DNA from: Promethearchaeota archaeon
Lineage (GTDB): Archaea > Asgardarchaeota > Lokiarchaeia > Sigyniarchaeales > SOKP01
Reading direction: 5' to 3'
NCBI GenBank assembly: GCA_008080735.1
Contig: SHMW01000015.1
Location: forward strand, 1 to 64,000
Length of the DNA stretch: 64,000 nucleotides
Positions 20,667 to 30,568 of this stretch are shown here, one piece after another. The position numbers were made by a program, and so were the translations under genes. Within the stretch, counting starts at the first letter, position 1. The number at the start of each line of letters is the position of its first letter. Below the pieces are notes generated by a model. That model saw nothing but the letters and a program-made list of their open reading frames with translations, was not told where the DNA came from and did no database searches.

Positions 20667-21531
20667 TAGTCTCCTCCAAATAATCAAGTATTTTTGTTTT
20701 CATGAGTTTAGTATCCGGGGTTTTCCCAGTCCACCATTCGAATGCGAGTGCACCTTGATTGACTAACATATCTAATCCACCCAATATTCTGCATCCTTTT
20801 TCCTCGGCTTTTTTTAATAGTTTTGTTTTTAAAGGATTATAGACTACATCAAAAACAAACAGATCTTCATGTAAAAGATTTTCGGGAAGTGGAAGTTCAT
20901 CCGTGGTGGGATGCATTCCTATAGGTGTTGTATTAATGAGAATTTGAGAATTTGAGATTAGGGTTTCCAATACGGCTTTTTTATTTGAATATCCTTCAGC
21001 TATAGCATCAGTTTTTTTATTAATTTGTTTTGCCAAGGAAAGGGCTCGTTTTTCTGTTCTGTTAGCGATGAAGATTTTATCAACCTCATCTGTCAGGGCA
21101 AAGCAAACGGCTCTCGAGGCGCCTCCCGCCCCTAAAACCAAAACATTCCTCCCCGATAAAGTACATCCCGCATCAATTAAGCTCTTTTTAGCACCTTCAG
21201 CGTCAGTATTTTTTCCTATTAACACACCACTATTTTTTTTTATGGTATTCACCGCCCCAATTTTAGCTGCCAGTGGATCTATTTCGTCTAAATAAGGGAT
21301 AATCGTTTCTTTATGAGGTATTGTTATATTTACTCCCTTAATGTCTAAAGCTTTAATCCCATATATCGCGGGTTTTAATCCCTCTTTTTTCACATTGAAC
21401 GCTAAATAAACATAATTGAGCTTTAATTTTTGGAGTAACGCATTATGCATAATCGGACTCATTGAATGCCTAATCGGCCATCCGATGAGGCATAGTAAGC
21501 TTGTTTTAGAGTCAATAGAAAAAGGTTCCAT
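20656..21531 (-). CDS. aroE: Shikimate dehydrogenase
   Basis: HSMSP.MHN, NITIPHK, GAVNT, NTD, GAGGASRA, NTTPIGM, DVVYNP, GLDMLVNQG. Confidence 0.95.
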   Translation of the reverse strand: MEPFSIDSKTSLLCLIGWPIRHSMSPIMHNALLQKLKLNYVYLAFNVKKEGLKPAIYGIKALDIKGVNITIPHKETIIPYLDEIDPLAAKIGAVNTIKKNSGVLIGKNTDAEGAKKSLIDAGCTLSGRNVLVLGAGGASRAVCFALTDEVDKIFIANRTEKRALSLAKQINKKTDAIAEGYSNKKAVLETLISNSQILINTTPIGMHPTTDELPLPENLLHEDLFVFDVVYNPLKTKLLKKAEEKGCRILGGLDMLVNQGALAFEWWTGKTPDTKLMKTKILDYLEETNVR

Positions 21532-21602
21532 TATTTAAATTATATTATTTATTATAAATAATTAAAATTCGCTTTCTCAAAAGCATTTTCAATCTGAGTA
21601 AG

Positions 21603-22151
21603 ATGCCTAAAAATTCCATCGCGCTAATCGGGTTTATGTGTACAGGAAAGTCTACTGTCGGGAGAGCATTAGCGAAAACATTGGGGATAGAGTATAGATT
21701 CGTTGAAACTGATGAGATTATTGAAGATTTGGCAAATAAGTCTATTCCTGATATCTTTTCTGAGGAGGGGGAATTAAAATTCAGAGAATATGAAATTGAG
21801 GCATGCAAGCAAGTTTCCACTTATAATAAGGTAGTAATTTCTTGCGGTGGGGGAGTAGTGTTAAATAAGATAAATATAGACTATCTCAAGCGAAACTCAT
21901 CTATTGTGTTATTAGAAACAATGCCCGAAATCATTTATGAACGCGCGATGAAAGATGGAAAAGAAACGAGACCCGTTATAAATAAAGAGAATGTGCGAGA
22001 GGAAATTAATAAGAAATTACAATTCAGGGAACCTTTTTACAAGGCAGCAGCAGATGTTGTCATTAATACCTCAAATAAACCTATCAAACTTATTGTTAAT
22101 GAAATTATTAGCAAAACGAATCTCAGAGACTTTATAAAAAAATTGGATTAG
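21603..22151 (+). CDS. aroK: Shikimate kinase (bacterial P-loop type)
   Basis: IGFMCTGKSTVG, GELKFREYE, VISCGGG, RP, R..FY. Confidence 0.92.
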   Translation: MPKNSIALIGFMCTGKSTVGRALAKTLGIEYRFVETDEIIEDLANKSIPDIFSEEGELKFREYEIEACKQVSTYNKVVISCGGGVVLNKINIDYLKRNSSIVLLETMPEIIYERAMKDGKETRPVINKENVREEINKKLQFREPFYKAAADVVINTSNKPIKLIVNEIISKTNLRDFIKKLD

Positions 22152-22184
22152 AATGATTAAAAAATTAAATTTTTTATAATGAGA

Positions 22185-23603
22185 TTATGGTAGCTGTGGT
22201 CTTTTTTCTTGCCACGGTTTTTCACCTTCAAATACTTTAGATACCTGAAGTATCGTAGATTCAGCGAATTTTGGTCCAATAATTTGCATTCCGATTGGTA
22301 ATCCGTCTTTTGACCATCCACAGGGAATTGATGCGGCGGGTTGTTCAGTAAGATTAAAGGGGAATGTAAAAGCTTGCCATGCCGTGGGAGAAACTTTTTT
22401 ATTGTTAATTATCGGAGGAAACATTATATCCGTATCGAATGCTGGAACCGCTGTGGTTGGAGTGATCAATATATCAATTTCTGTGAAGATCTTATAAAAG
22501 GTCTCATAAATTTCTTTTCTGGCCTTTTGTGCTCTTATAAGCGAAAAGGCATCATATCCCATACCTCCTTTAACTAATCTTACAATATCTGGATCCATTT
22601 TGTTTTCCCATTCATTTAATTTTGGGGCTAATTCAAAAGCAAGTTTTGATGTCCATAGAGTATAAAATGGTAATTCTGGTTTTCTTAATTTCATTTTAAT
22701 CTCATTTACATCCCATCCAAAATCTCTGAAGACCTCAAGTGAGTCTAAGACACTTTTTTTAACTTCAGTATCGACAACTTTAGCATATCCCAAATTTAAG
22801 GTATATCCGATCTTTAGCTTATTTGGTATATTTTCAATAGCTTCAAGATAATTCTCATCATCATCGGGTAAGGAATGTCGATCACCTAAAAATGAACCCT
22901 TCATCACTTGAAGCATAAGCGCAGCATCTTTTACATATCTCACAATAGGACCATTCACACCCAAAGACTCACCAAAAATCAATTCCTTTGGATAATTTGG
23001 AGTTCTACCAAAGGTTGGTTTCAATCCGTATACCCCACATAGGGCACTTGGAATCCTTATAGATCCCCCACCATCAGAGCCTTGAGCTAAATATGCCATA
23101 CCACATGCTGCCGATATTCCCGCACCTCCACTAGATCCCCCTGAAGTTTTGCTTAAATCCCAAGGATTCTTCGAAGTTCCAAAAATGAGATTGTCAGTCA
23201 CTCCTTTAAATCCGAATTCTGGAGTATTTGTTTTTCCCAATAATACACAACCTGCATTTTTAAGTCGTTTTACAACAATATCATCTATTTCTGGTACAAA
23301 ATGCTCATAGATTTTAGAACCGAACGTAGTTCTGACTCCCTTGGTCCAATTAAGATCTTTAACAGAAAGAGGGATACCATCCAAAAGACCAAAATCTTCT
23401 CCTTTTTTTATTCTCTCATCTGCTTTAGAAGCCATTTCTCGTGCGATATCAAAAGTGGGCGTACAATATGCATTCACAGAGGGGTTTATTCGTTGGATTC
23501 TCTTAATCATTATTTCGGTTACTTCCTCAGAAGTTAACTCTCGAGTGTGAAGTTTCTCTGCAAGTTCATATGCAGGCAAAAAGGCAATATCTTCATTATT
23601 CAT
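22185..23603 (-). CDS. Amidase signature family enzyme
   Basis: KD, GKTNTPEFG, GGSSGG, GSDGGGSIRIPS. Confidence 0.92.
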   Translation of the reverse strand: MNNEDIAFLPAYELAEKLHTRELTSEEVTEIMIKRIQRINPSVNAYCTPTFDIAREMASKADERIKKGEDFGLLDGIPLSVKDLNWTKGVRTTFGSKIYEHFVPEIDDIVVKRLKNAGCVLLGKTNTPEFGFKGVTDNLIFGTSKNPWDLSKTSGGSSGGAGISAACGMAYLAQGSDGGGSIRIPSALCGVYGLKPTFGRTPNYPKELIFGESLGVNGPIVRYVKDAALMLQVMKGSFLGDRHSLPDDDENYLEAIENIPNKLKIGYTLNLGYAKVVDTEVKKSVLDSLEVFRDFGWDVNEIKMKLRKPELPFYTLWTSKLAFELAPKLNEWENKMDPDIVRLVKGGMGYDAFSLIRAQKARKEIYETFYKIFTEIDILITPTTAVPAFDTDIMFPPIINNKKVSPTAWQAFTFPFNLTEQPAASIPCGWSKDGLPIGMQIIGPKFAESTILQVSKVFEGEKPWQEKRPQLP

Positions 23604-23752
23604 AAAATCACTTTTTCAAAAAATTTCTACTAAAGAATGATGATGTGATAATCCTTTATATAAGTTTCTTTATATCAAAGGAGTTGCTTCTTTTCATATA
23701 GTTTGCAAAAATAAGATGATAACCTAATGAAATACCTTTTATTATATTATAT

Positions 23753-24595
23753 ATGTCCATAAATAAGGTTTTTGTTGATATCATTAAGAAAATTGAAAAA
23801 AGAATTCGATTTGATAAAATCAAGAACGCTTTTTTCCCATCTAATGATGAAATTGATCAAGACATCCGATTTGATAATTTCGGGGTTATCCAATTAGCTG
23901 ATGAATCAATTGGGATAGTATATATTGCCCTTTCTGAGGAAGTAAGGGAAAAGGCAGCTCAATTTGATGTAAATGACATTATCGGAAAAAATCCTATAGA
24001 AATTGCTAAGAATTTTATTAAGTCTGACCTCTTCCAAAGGTGTTTGGCACTGGGAGCGATTAACGCCATTACCCAGTCTTTCTTTAAAAAAGCGAATTTT
24101 GAATATGACTTTTCGACTAATTCGCTGGGCTTACTTGATCTTGTGGAATACGACAAGGTTGGGATGGTTGGATACTTTCCTCCTTTAGTTAAGAAAATAG
24201 AAAAATTAAATATCCCTCTTGTGGTAATTGAAAAGAAGAAACTCGAGATTGAGACAAAAGAAAATTGGCAAATTACCTCAGATCCCTCCGAGCTCAAGTC
24301 TTGTACGAAAATACTCTGTACAAGCACCACTGTCTTAAATGATTCCATTGACGATATTCTTTCCTATATAAAAAATGCAAATAAGATTTCGATGGTAGGG
24401 CCGACGGGGGGGTTTATTCCCGACCCCGTCTTTCAACGTGGTGTGGATGTGCTCGGAGGTACCTATATCGAGAATCCAAAATTATTCATGAAATTGATAC
24501 GACAAAATAAAAAATGGGGCCCTTCGACAAAAAAGTATTGCATTCAAGCTAAGAATTATCCAAATTATAAAATGTTGATGGAAAATATTTCTTAA
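23753..24595 (+). CDS. DUF364 / Rossmann-like domain protein
   Basis: LGAINAITQ, VGMVGYFPP, TSTTVLNDSID, VGPT. Confidence 0.8.
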   Translation: MSINKVFVDIIKKIEKRIRFDKIKNAFFPSNDEIDQDIRFDNFGVIQLADESIGIVYIALSEEVREKAAQFDVNDIIGKNPIEIAKNFIKSDLFQRCLALGAINAITQSFFKKANFEYDFSTNSLGLLDLVEYDKVGMVGYFPPLVKKIEKLNIPLVVIEKKKLEIETKENWQITSDPSELKSCTKILCTSTTVLNDSIDDILSYIKNANKISMVGPTGGFIPDPVFQRGVDVLGGTYIENPKLFMKLIRQNKKWGPSTKKYCIQAKNYPNYKMLMENIS

Positions 24596-24792
24596 TCAGA
24601 ATTTTTTTCATTAATAACCAAGTTTCAGTTTGAAAATAGAAGAAAAATATTTTTTCTAGTATTTCTCTTCTGAATTTTTGGATTTTTTTTGGAGTTTATG
24701 GAACTATCTCGACTTTCTAAAACCTTAGATTTAAATTTTAATGCACTATGTGTAAAATAAAATAATATTAGGTTAAAGTTTAGGGGTTAGAT

Positions 24793-24960
24793 TTGGCAGA
24801 TTATAAGCGAATTAAATGTCCTCAATGTAGTAACGAAAATCCACGGATGCTCCATGAAGAGCCCGATAAAAGCCAAGTACTTTATTACAGCATGCAAGGT
24901 ACTCCAGTTTATAAAAAGATAATGAAATGCGGCAACTGTGGAGCTACTTTCGATAAATAA
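24793..24960 (+). CDS. Small zinc-finger protein (55 aa, not in ORF track)
   Basis: TTG start after AGGGGT; MADYKRIKCPQCSNENPRMLHEEPDKSQVLYYSMQGTPVYKKIMKCGNCGATFDK*; T-rich tract after the stop. Confidence 0.8.
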   Translation: MADYKRIKCPQCSNENPRMLHEEPDKSQVLYYSMQGTPVYKKIMKCGNCGATFDK

Positions 24961-25038
24961 ATGTGTAAATTCTTTTCTTTTCTCTTTTTTTAATTAGGGT
25001 AGTTGCATTTATCTATAGCAAGTTAATAAAAAATTATT

Positions 25039-25773
25039 TTATTTAGAAAGTCTGTTTGCTATGTTCTCCGGCAAAAAGAAACCGAGATAATAGCAAATAG
25101 AGCTAATAATTAGGAAAATTCTGATGATAAATCGATAATTCGGATCAAAAACAAACAAATCCAATGCTACTGAAGCTGTAAAGATTAATATTGCCAATAA
25201 CAAAAACCTCCCTCTCCACCGTGTTACCGGTTTTTCAGAGCTGACAGATTTCTTTGCGAAAATAAACCCAGTGATCAGTGCCGAGCCTAATACAAACAAG
25301 GCAAATATTAACGTAAAAGGCTTTCGACTGAAATCGAAATAAGATCCTTCATATTGTCCTATAAATTCATAATCTAAGAGAAACAGAATAATAAAAACCA
25401 CTTCATATACCACTGATATTATAAAATAGGGGATAAAAATCTTATTCTTACTATCTGGATAAATCAAATCTGCAAATGAGTAAATCCAAGATACAATAAT
25501 AAAAGCTACAAAAAAATTCATTAAAAATACATAAAGTGGGGGGTCAAACGCATAGCCAAACAATAAAATAGAGAAAAAACTCAAAGAACGTCCCCACCAA
25601 GGGCTCGAAAGGAATATTAATGTAAGGCCAACAGTAATATAGACTTTTTTCTTCAATGAAAAATATTTGAGCAAGATCCGGAGACCGATGATAAAGGATA
25701 TTAATACAAAAATTAATGTAAAGAAACCATTAAAAATTTGAAGAGATGTTAGATCTGAAATATTCACATTCAT
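25039..25773 (-). CDS. Polytopic (about 7 TM) membrane protein, paralog of 35051..35797
   Basis: Shared motifs FVLIS..IGLR..SKY, GLT.IFLSS.WW, WRGRFLLLA, YYL.FFLP. Confidence 0.8.
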   Translation of the reverse strand: MNVNISDLTSLQIFNGFFTLIFVLISFIIGLRILLKYFSLKKKVYITVGLTLIFLSSPWWGRSLSFFSILLFGYAFDPPLYVFLMNFFVAFIIVSWIYSFADLIYPDSKNKIFIPYFIISVVYEVVFIILFLLDYEFIGQYEGSYFDFSRKPFTLIFALFVLGSALITGFIFAKKSVSSEKPVTRWRGRFLLLAILIFTASVALDLFVFDPNYRFIIRIFLIISSICYYLGFFLPENIANRLSK

Positions 25774-25962
25774 ATATACAATTTAGAAGTATTCCTATTT
25801 AAGATTTTTAATAAAAAAAGAAAGAAAATTTTGAGTTATTCCTCTTCTCTGTGTCTCATAAAAAATTGACCGTAAAATATCACAATTGAGAAGATCAATT
25901 GAAAAATGGAGAGAAAGAACTATAGAGAAAGAACTATCGTCATAAATTATGTAAGATTGATT

Positions 25963-27165
25963 TTATAACGACAAAATTATATTATTATGCGCTTTAAGCA
26001 TGTCGTGCATAATTAAATCCGCAGCATCTTGTATATCTGGTGCATTTTCTGGTATACTCCTTTTAGCGTTAACACTTGCCATTAAAACTTGATTTAGGCC
26101 TCTCATTATCATGTCAGGGGAATACCAAGGTCTCCTTGACGCCCACCATTGTTGACAGCTGTGAACCCCTCTATCAAGAAGGTTTCGCGCATTATCCAAA
26201 ATCCGCTTCCTCTCATCGTCCATACTTTCTCTGTATTTATTCGTAAGGTGAACTAATGTTAATGCGTACATAAAAAATTTATGCTGTTCAATATGGATTT
26301 CATTGTTCGGGTCAAACCAGAGAGGAAATGGAATATCGTTAGCAATATCATAAGGCATCGTCGACCAGCTCGATGCTCGTGGTTCTTGAGATTGATCTAC
26401 GGGGAATCTATCAACGATTTCTGAGATTGTACATATTTTAATATCATTCCGAGACGGCAGAGCATCAAACAAAGGGATTAAAAAGTTATCAATGGCATGT
26501 TTAACATGATGGCCAAAAGTTTCACCGTCCATTGCCAAAAGTACATAATAATCTTCATTAGTATTTCGATATTTTAAACGATTTGCAAAACTCTCCACAT
26601 TGTTTATTTTGTCGAAGGCGCAATCTATTGAGATATAATCGTCTCGAAACAGCAATTTCAGCCCATTATGATAGCGAGAAATAAATGTGGTAGGAAATTG
26701 GGGTAAGGTGTTTGCAATACCACTCATAATTATCCAATCAAATCCCAGATTCTCCACGGAACGCAACACTTCTTCTGAGATTGCCATTTCTGGAGGGAAG
26801 ATTCCCCTGGGTTGATATACATCCCCAAAAAAATTTCTGTTAGTTTCATCATTTAACTGTATTTGGCGTTCGATTTCCGGTTGAGGAATCAGTGGTAGAA
26901 GGGGATGAAATTTAGCCGAAGAAGTCAGCTCAATTTGCCCTCGAGAGGTTAGAGCACTGATACCTTCGATAATATCCGTAAAGCCATAATCGTAAAGCTG
27001 TTCGACTAATGTACCATTAACGTTTAGGGTAAGTTTTGCCTCTTGATGAGATCGTATAGCATCTATGATAGGAATATATGATTCTTTGGCAATTTGTTTA
27101 ATGACCGGGGCGATCTGGGTTGGTGGCTGATAAATATGAAATAGAAACGAAAAATAAACGACCAT
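25963..27165 (-). CDS. Glycoside hydrolase family 57
   Basis: HIYQP, HPLLPL, FPPEMA (nucleophile), DGETFGHH (acid/base), SSWS. Confidence 0.9.
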   Translation of the reverse strand: MVVYFSFLFHIYQPPTQIAPVIKQIAKESYIPIIDAIRSHQEAKLTLNVNGTLVEQLYDYGFTDIIEGISALTSRGQIELTSSAKFHPLLPLIPQPEIERQIQLNDETNRNFFGDVYQPRGIFPPEMAISEEVLRSVENLGFDWIIMSGIANTLPQFPTTFISRYHNGLKLLFRDDYISIDCAFDKINNVESFANRLKYRNTNEDYYVLLAMDGETFGHHVKHAIDNFLIPLFDALPSRNDIKICTISEIVDRFPVDQSQEPRASSWSTMPYDIANDIPFPLWFDPNNEIHIEQHKFFMYALTLVHLTNKYRESMDDERKRILDNARNLLDRGVHSCQQWWASRRPWYSPDMIMRGLNQVLMASVNAKRSIPENAPDIQDAADLIMHDMLKAHNNIILSL

Positions 27166-27345
27166 AGATATTTAGGCGTATTGTTAAATTATTTATCAAT
27201 TTAATAATCATAATATAAAATAGTAATTTATAGATTTATGGGACATTATTTGAAAGATAAATTAGGAAAGTCAATCTAATAAATCGTATAATATTTCAAA
27301 TAAATATATCATTGAACAATTGGAAAATTATACTCAAAAATTACT

Positions 27346-28860
27346 ATGAAACCCGCTTGGCCGATACTGATTAATGCTTCACAATATGTACACCAAAAAA
27401 CTAAAGATGAGCGATTAGACCCCCTCAAATTGATGTTTAAGTCTGCTAAGAAAGTATTAAGCATTCCGAATGCGAGTAAACTGAGAGAGCTTATTGATGC
27501 AGTATATATGGTAAATATAAATTCATGGTCTTATAAAGATGCACCTGGAGAGCTGAGCGCACTTTTAGCCATCACTCCTACCGAGAAAATCTACCTCTCT
27601 GATGGGGGAAATACCCCTCAGATGCTAGTTAACAGAGCTGCTAAAAAAATTCAAATGGGCACTAGGAAATGCATTCTCATTGTCGGAGGGGAAGCATCTT
27701 ATTCTGTATATAAATCTAAAAAAGAGAAAGAAGATTTATCGTGGTCAAAAAAAAAAGAAGAACCAGACTATATGGAAGGTAAAATTTGGCATGGGACAAA
27801 CGACTTTGAAAATTCATATAAGCTCATTATCCCTCCATACTCTTATGCGTTGTTTGAGACTGCATATCGAGCAGCAGCAGGATTAAGTCTGCAAGAGCAT
27901 CGAATGAAGATGGGAAATCTATTTGAAAGATTTTCGGAGGTTGCTGCTAATAATCCATATGCATGGACACAGAAATCTTATTCCGCAGAAGAGATAATAA
28001 GCCCCTCCCCAAATAATCGGAATGTATGTTATCCCTACACCAAAAGAATGTGTTCTAATATGTTCGTGGATCAGAGTGCTGCGATTTTAATTACGAGTGA
28101 AGACATCGCTAAAAAGCTTGAGGTTCCTAAAAAACGCTGGGTGTATCTTAGAGGAGCTTCAGATTTTCAAAATATTTTTGCTATAACGAGACGACCCAAA
28201 TTAGCTACGTCACCAGCAGCACGGATCGGCTCTAAAGTTGCACTTAACCAAGCAGGACTCATGTTAGATGATATCGATCGGTTTGATATTTATAGCTGTT
28301 TTCCTTCGATTGTAGAGATTATTTCTGATGAAATTGGAATTATAAAGGATGATACGCGAGATCTGACTATCACAGGAGGACTGCCATTTTTCGGGGGTCC
28401 ATGGAGCAATTATTCCTTACATGCTATCGCAACGGCGGTTAATATCATACAAAAGAATCCAGAAATAACGATAATGGTAATCGCAAATGGGGGCTATAAT
28501 ACTAAACAATCCTTCGGGATATATGGAAATCTGCCACCTCAGAAGGGATTCGATGAGAATGATGCAAAAGAACTTCAGAACCAAATCCTTGAAAAAATAT
28601 TGCCAGAACCAGTCGAAAAAGCTAATGGAGTATGCAAAATTTTAGGGTATACAGTAATATACAATAGAGACGGGACCCATAAATATGGAATCGCTCTTGG
28701 AGCAATGGAAAACAAACGACACACACTCGCTACTTTGAACGGAACTGATGAAGAATTAGCTCAATTGGAACATCATGAGATTGTGGGAAGAACATATAGG
28801 GTATATTTTGATGAAAGAAGCCAAAAAAATATAATTAATTTAACCGAAATTAAAAATTAA
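27346..28860 (+). CDS. Thiolase-like protein (acetyl-CoA acetyltransferase superfamily)
   Basis: GGNTPQ.LVN, GGEA, YPYTK.M, VDQSAA, DIYSCFP, TITGGLPFFGGP.SNYSLHAIA. Confidence 0.85.
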   Translation: MKPAWPILINASQYVHQKTKDERLDPLKLMFKSAKKVLSIPNASKLRELIDAVYMVNINSWSYKDAPGELSALLAITPTEKIYLSDGGNTPQMLVNRAAKKIQMGTRKCILIVGGEASYSVYKSKKEKEDLSWSKKKEEPDYMEGKIWHGTNDFENSYKLIIPPYSYALFETAYRAAAGLSLQEHRMKMGNLFERFSEVAANNPYAWTQKSYSAEEIISPSPNNRNVCYPYTKRMCSNMFVDQSAAILITSEDIAKKLEVPKKRWVYLRGASDFQNIFAITRRPKLATSPAARIGSKVALNQAGLMLDDIDRFDIYSCFPSIVEIISDEIGIIKDDTRDLTITGGLPFFGGPWSNYSLHAIATAVNIIQKNPEITIMVIANGGYNTKQSFGIYGNLPPQKGFDENDAKELQNQILEKILPEPVEKANGVCKILGYTVIYNRDGTHKYGIALGAMENKRHTLATLNGTDEELAQLEHHEIVGRTYRVYFDERSQKNIINLTEIKN

Positions 28861-28864
28861 TCCT

Positions 28865-29614
28865 TTATTCTTGAAGTAATTTGTAAAACTCTCTCATTAG
28901 TTCTATATTAATCTGACCTGGAGCGGTTTGAGCAACTAAGGACCCAAACGTAAAAAAGCCTCCGCATAATGCAGAAAGCAGACGGGAGAAAATTCCGAGC
29001 TCACCCATACAAAATGATATAATTTTTCCCTTATTATCAGCAATATTTCTACAAAATTTTAAGACCTCTAAATTGTCTTCAAATTGAATTGCCGTAAAGA
29101 TTAACTTCCACACAAAAGAATGAGAGATGGAAAAACTGGATTTAAATGAAGTGATAGTTTTCAATTTAGATCTGAAGGATTGGATGATATTATACATCTC
29201 TTCTGAGGTTGGAGTATCTGTAAAATTATGATGAGAAAAAATTATTGCAATATTGTTTTTATTAGCTTTCGAGATGATATCCTCTAAAATTCCTATAGAG
29301 TTATCCATCTCAATATCAATGAAATGGGGCTTGGCTTTTATGATTTCATTGAGAATAGAAATACGTTGGGTTTCGGAAATGTCGGCATTACCCCCTTCTG
29401 AGAATTTTCGAAAGGTACAAATCATCGGAATACTAGAAAAATCTAATAAAGAGTGAATAAAGTCTGAAGAAATTCCATTTGTGGTATCTAAATAATCAAA
29501 CCTGAGCTCTATAAAATCGGGATCGTGGGAAACTGCTTCAGATAAAAGTTCCTTATTTTCATATATACTTAACGAAGTAATCGGTACTGCAATACAGATT
29601 TTAGGAACATTCAT
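28865..29614 (-). CDS. aroD: Type I 3-dehydroquinate dehydratase
   Basis: ELRFD, TFR..SEGG, DIE, SHHNF..TP, K, MGELG..SR, TAPGQ. Confidence 0.92.
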   Translation of the reverse strand: MNVPKICIAVPITSLSIYENKELLSEAVSHDPDFIELRFDYLDTTNGISSDFIHSLLDFSSIPMICTFRKFSEGGNADISETQRISILNEIIKAKPHFIDIEMDNSIGILEDIISKANKNNIAIIFSHHNFTDTPTSEEMYNIIQSFRSKLKTITSFKSSFSISHSFVWKLIFTAIQFEDNLEVLKFCRNIADNKGKIISFCMGELGIFSRLLSALCGGFFTFGSLVAQTAPGQINIELMREFYKLLQE

Positions 29615-29634
29615 AGAAAAAAAATGGAAATGAG

Positions 29635-30303
29635 TTAAATTTCGACTATATCTTTAATTTCCTCTTCTGAGAGTTCCAACGTATTTTGGGCATCCACTTT
29701 CTTGAGTTTATCCTTTTCTGTGTAATATTTTTTAATTGGACTGGCATTTAATTCATACACATCCAGCCGCTTTTCTAAAGTCTCCTCAGTATCATCACTT
29801 CGCTGTTCAAACTCTATCTCTGCCCCGCACTCATCACAAATCCATCTTTCTTCCCCAATTTTCTTTTCGGGTTGGAGTGTGTACTTATTGTATATCTCCC
29901 CACATTCATGACACGAAAATCTGCCAAGAATCCGTTTCTTGAGAATATCTCTGGGAACATCTAAAAGGAGGAAGAGATCAATCTCCGTGATCTCAGAGAG
30001 TGCTTTTGCTTGGTCTAAAGTTCTTGGGAATCCATCTAGTATAAAACCATTTTCCTGTACATCCTTTTGATTCAACCGATCATCCACCATATCAATAACC
30101 ACATTATCGGGAACTAGTTCTCCCTTTTCCATATATTCTTTTGCTTTCAGCCCTAATTCGGTTTCATTATTTAGATTCTCTCTGAAGATGTCTCCAGTAC
30201 TCACGTGTGCGATATCTGGGAGAGCTTTCTTTATTTGTGAGGCAAAGGTACCCTTGCCGGCGCCTGGCGGCCCAAAAAGAACAATCTTTCGTTTTTCACT
30301 CAT
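29635..30303 (-). CDS. adk: Adenylate kinase (bacterial/eukaryotic type with Zn-lid)
   Basis: FGPPGAGKGT, HVSTGDIFR, GELVPD, GFILDGFPRT, CHEC...CDEC, QRSDD. Confidence 0.93.
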   Translation of the reverse strand: MSEKRKIVLFGPPGAGKGTFASQIKKALPDIAHVSTGDIFRENLNNETELGLKAKEYMEKGELVPDNVVIDMVDDRLNQKDVQENGFILDGFPRTLDQAKALSEITEIDLFLLLDVPRDILKKRILGRFSCHECGEIYNKYTLQPEKKIGEERWICDECGAEIEFEQRSDDTEETLEKRLDVYELNASPIKKYYTEKDKLKKVDAQNTLELSEEEIKDIVEI

Positions 30304-30568
30304 TTATATTTCACTTATCAATTTAGATTAAATAGAAGTAATTTCTTGTAAAATAAAAGTTATTACTAAATAGTATGAAAATTCATGTCATAGCCAATAT
30401 ACTTTCAAAACCAAATCTATTTTAGGTAGGATCTTCTTAAGAATATAATTATATTCTTTCTTTAATTGAAATTTCTTTTGTTATAGTTCAACAAAAGGAA
30501 TAAATATTAGAGTATAATAAAAATAGATATAAATTATATTTTATAGAAAAATTAAAAAGGTAATTAAA

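Noticed and set aside
25910-25937. Short tandem duplication AGAGAAAGAACTAT x2 (similarly ATTACCTATA x2 near 8980)
   Set aside because: Isolated two-copy slippage repeats with no array or spacer structure.
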